DNA of 64,000 bases from Lama guanicoe (lineage: Eukaryota). Position 1 is the first letter of the stretch, and every line of letters starts with the position of its first letter. A program made the translations under genes and the position numbers. Below the pieces are notes generated by a model, which worked only from the letters and a program-made list of their open reading frames with translations, made no database searches and was not told where the DNA came from. Shown here one piece after another: positions 60,875-64,000 of the stretch. The DNA lies in NCBI GenBank assembly GCA_013239625.1, contig MU053629.1, forward strand, positions 2,073,567 to 2,137,566. Reading direction: 5' to 3'.

Positions 60875-63560
60875 GTTTTTAATTGACATTTTTATTGAGG
60901 TAATTGTAGAGTCACATGCAGTTATAAGAAATAATACAAAGATCTATTGTACCCTTCACCCAGTTTTCCCCAATAGTAACATTTTACAAAACTATCATAT
61001 AATATCAAGATATTGACATTAATACAATCTACCAGTCTTATTCAGATTTGCCTGGTCTTATGGGTGTGTGTTTGGTGGGGTGGGTTGCTGGGCACTATTG
61101 TACTTGTTTCTATACAGTCTTATCACATGTGTAGGTTTGTTTTTCCATCACCACTATCAAGATTCTTACCTTTCCATCACCACAATTAGCATAATTTTCT
61201 GAAGATTCATCCAGGTTGTTGTGTTTATCAGTAGTTCATTCCTATTAATTGCTGAATTTGTATGATATGGGCATGTATATGTCATAGTTTGTTTAACCAG
61301 TCAGCTGTTGAAGGACATTTGGACTGTTTTCAGTTTTGGGCTATTATGAAAAAAGTTGCTATGAACATTCATATACAGGCTTTTCTGTAAACATAAGTTT
61401 TCATTTCTCTGGGCGAAATGCCCAGGAGTGCAATTGCTGGATCATATAATAATTGTGTATTTAGTGTTTTAAGAAACTGCCAATTTTTTTTTTTCCAGAT
61501 TGGAAGTACCATTTTACATTCTTACCAGCAGTGAAGGGGAGATTCTTTTTTTCCCCCATCTTTGCCAGTATTTAGTATTATCACTATTTTTACTTTAGCC
61601 ATTCTGTTAGTTTGTGATATTTTGTTGTGGTTTTGATTTACATTTCCCTACTGCCTAACAGTGTTGACTTTTCTCATGTATTTGTCATCAGTATATCCTC
61701 TTTAGTGAAATGTCTCTGTATGTCTTTTGCCCATTTTATAATTGTTTGTTTACTGTTGTTTTTAGAGCTCTTTATATATTTTAGATCCAGTCTTTTGTGA
61801 GATATATGATTGCAAATATTTTCTCTCAGTCTGTAGCTTATCTTTTTAATACTCTCTATATGAGCTTTCACAGAGCAAATATTTTTAGTTTTGGTGAGGT
61901 CCACTTATCAATTTTTCTTTTTATAGATCATGTGTGTTTTAAGGAAATTCTAATTTTTTTAATAAAGTATAGTCAATTTACACTGTTGTATTAATTTCTA
62001 GTGTACAGCATAATAGTGACTCATTTGTACTTACGTATATATTCCTTTTCATATTCTTTTTCATTATAGGCAATAACGAATTTGTGTTTTTTCTGTATAT
62101 GTATATATATATATATATTTATTGAAGTATAGTCAGTTTACAATGTTGTGTCAACATTACAAGGTACTGAATATAGTTCTCTGTGCTATGCAGTAGGACC
62201 TTGTTGTTTATCTATTTTCTATATAGTAGTTAGTATCTATAAATCCCTAATTCCCAATTTATCCCTCCCCACCCCCTCTCCCCACTGGTAAGCATAAGTT
62301 TGTTTTCTATGTTTGTGAGTCTGTCTCTGTTTGTTTGTTTGTTTTTTAAGATTCCACAAATAAGTGATATCATACATTATTTTTCTTTCTCTTTCTGGCT
62401 TACTTCACTTAGTATGACGATCTCCAGGTCCATCTGTTGCTGCAAATGGCATTTTTCATGGCTGAGTAGTATTCCATTGTGTGTGGGTATGTGTGTATGT
62501 GTATCACAACTTCTTTATCCCATCATCTGTTGATGGGTATTTAGGTTGCTTCCATGTCTTGGCTATTGTAAATATTGCTGCTATGAACAATATAATCTAC
62601 ATGTATTATAGATCATGTTTTTGTTGTCAAGTCCTAAGAATCTTTGCCTAGCCCTAGATCCTGAAGATTTTCTCCTATGTTTCTTCTAAAAGTTTTATAG
62701 TTTAATGTTTTATACTTAAGCCTGTGATCTATTCTGAGTTAATTCTTATACAGAGTGTGAGGTTTAGGTTGCAGTTTATTTTGTGTGTGTGCGCCTATGG
62801 ATGTCAGTTGCCCTAGCACTATTTTTGAAAAGGTTATTCTTCCTTCATTGAATTACTTTTGCACCTTGGTCAAAAATCATTTGAGCATGCTTGTATACGT
62901 CTATTTCTGGGTTCTCTGCTCTGTTGCATTGATCTCTGCATCTACCCTTCTGCCAGTTAGTACCACATTGTCTTGTTTACTGTATAAGCCTTAATGTAGG
63001 GTGAGTGATTCCTCTCACTTTATTTTTCTTTGTCAAGATTGTTTTAGCTTTGGCTTATCTGTATCTGCAACAAACCTTGCTCAGATTTTGATAGGAATTG
63101 CACTAACTTTAGCTTATCTATATCTATAACAGACCTTTGTAGGATTTTGTTAGGAATTGCACTAAGGGGAGAATTGACATCTGTCTTTTAAGTTTAGTTA
63201 AGTGTTTTTGGTCTTATAGAAGTTTATATAATGAAATTGGTAGGTTTTCTTTTTTTAAAAAGACTCCTGAATTTCATGTCTAATTTAAATAGAACTTCCT
63301 CTCCCCAAGATTATAACACTATTAACCTGTATTTTTTTCTTTACTCGAAGCATTTTGGTTTTAAAATTAGTTTTTTAAACCATCTGGTATTTATTTTGGT
63401 ATCCTGTAGAAATCTAATATTCTTTTTTTTTTTTGAACCCAATTGGAAAGTCAATTGCCTCATCATTTACTGATTATTATTCATAGTTTTTCATTGATTT
63501 GAGATGCCATCTTTGTCATAACCTAAATTGTTATATATATTTGAGTTTGTTTCTGGGCTG
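60875..63560 (-). mobile_element. Old L1M fragment with nested younger L1 insertions (about 61934-62605)
   Basis: Antisense L1 3' end ttttattgaggtaattgtagagtcacatgcagttataagaaataataca. The nested element is flanked by TTATAGATCATGT at 61921-61933 and 62606-62618. Confidence 0.85.
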
Positions 63561-63644
63561 TCTTGTCATTCCAGTAATCTATTACATCATCATATCACAC
63601 ATTTAATGATCTGTTGTGAGCCTATGAGACATTGTAATGTCTAG

Positions 63645-63900
63645 GAGGAGGCATATCATGATAGTTAAGAGCTTAACTTGGTGGTTAGACTGCCTTGTTG
63701 AATGCTAGTTCCACCTTTACCAGCTAGATGACTTAGTGCGAGTTATTTAAATTCTCAGGAGTTCAATATCGTCTGTAAAATGAGGATTATAATGTTACAT
63801 ACATTATAGGGTTATTGTGAGGATTAAAAACATTAATATATGTAAAGCTCTTAATGCTATGTAACATAGTAAGTGTCATGTAAGAGTTAGACTGTTGTTA
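63645..63900 (+). mobile_element. MIR (sense)
   Basis: atagttaagagc...ttagactgcc...gtctgtaaaatgaggattataat...agggttattgtgaggattaaa. Confidence 0.8.
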
Positions 63901-64000
63901 ACAGGGCAAAGTTGTGCTCACATTCCTTCTTTCTAGACTAGCTTTAAAAAGATTTTTTATTCTTCCTGAAATCCAGTTCAGCTGTTGATTGGAATTACAT

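Noticed and set aside
45611..62994. Short ORFs resembling L1 ORF2 or hydrophobic peptides
   Set aside because: Degraded, truncated L1 remnants (or their antisense frames), not functional genes.
36872..64000. ZNF609 exon 3 and downstream coding exons
   Set aside because: No sequence recognisable as the continuation of ZNF609 was found; intron 2 extends beyond the window.
1..64000. CRISPR arrays, operons, rRNA or bona fide tRNA genes
   Set aside because: Mammalian sequence with spliceosomal introns; no repeat-spacer arrays or structured RNA genes were recognised.

Overview
Mammalian genomic DNA, probably camelid (inferred from tRNA-derived SINE and young L1 3' ends of camel/alpaca type; no Alu). 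Two tandem + strand genes are present. The first is the 3' end of TRIP4 (ASC-1): penultimate exon 3294-3396 and last exon from 9218, stop at 9283-9285. The second is the 5' part of ZNF609: CpG-island promoter and non-coding exon 1 (donor at 14870), a 21.1-kb intron 1, the first coding exon (35998-36871, AUG 36125) and the start of a long intron 2 that runs off the window. The key system is the ZNF609 exon: it is exactly 874 nt, and back-splicing gives AAG|CAA UGA, closing a 753-nt ORF (250 aa). This is the architecture described for the translated circular RNA circ-ZNF609, which is known in human and mouse and intact here. Less-described features around it include an AUGAUG stop/start overlap at the back-splice junction, QKI core motifs on both sides of the exon, inverted MIRs in place of Alus, three clustered miR-150-5p seed matches, and several AG|GT recursive-splice-like motifs in the long introns. 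The rest is intronic or intergenic DNA with L1, L2, MIR, hAT (MER3/5/20/58) and Tigger relics. Repeat boundaries and family names were assigned by eye and are approximate.
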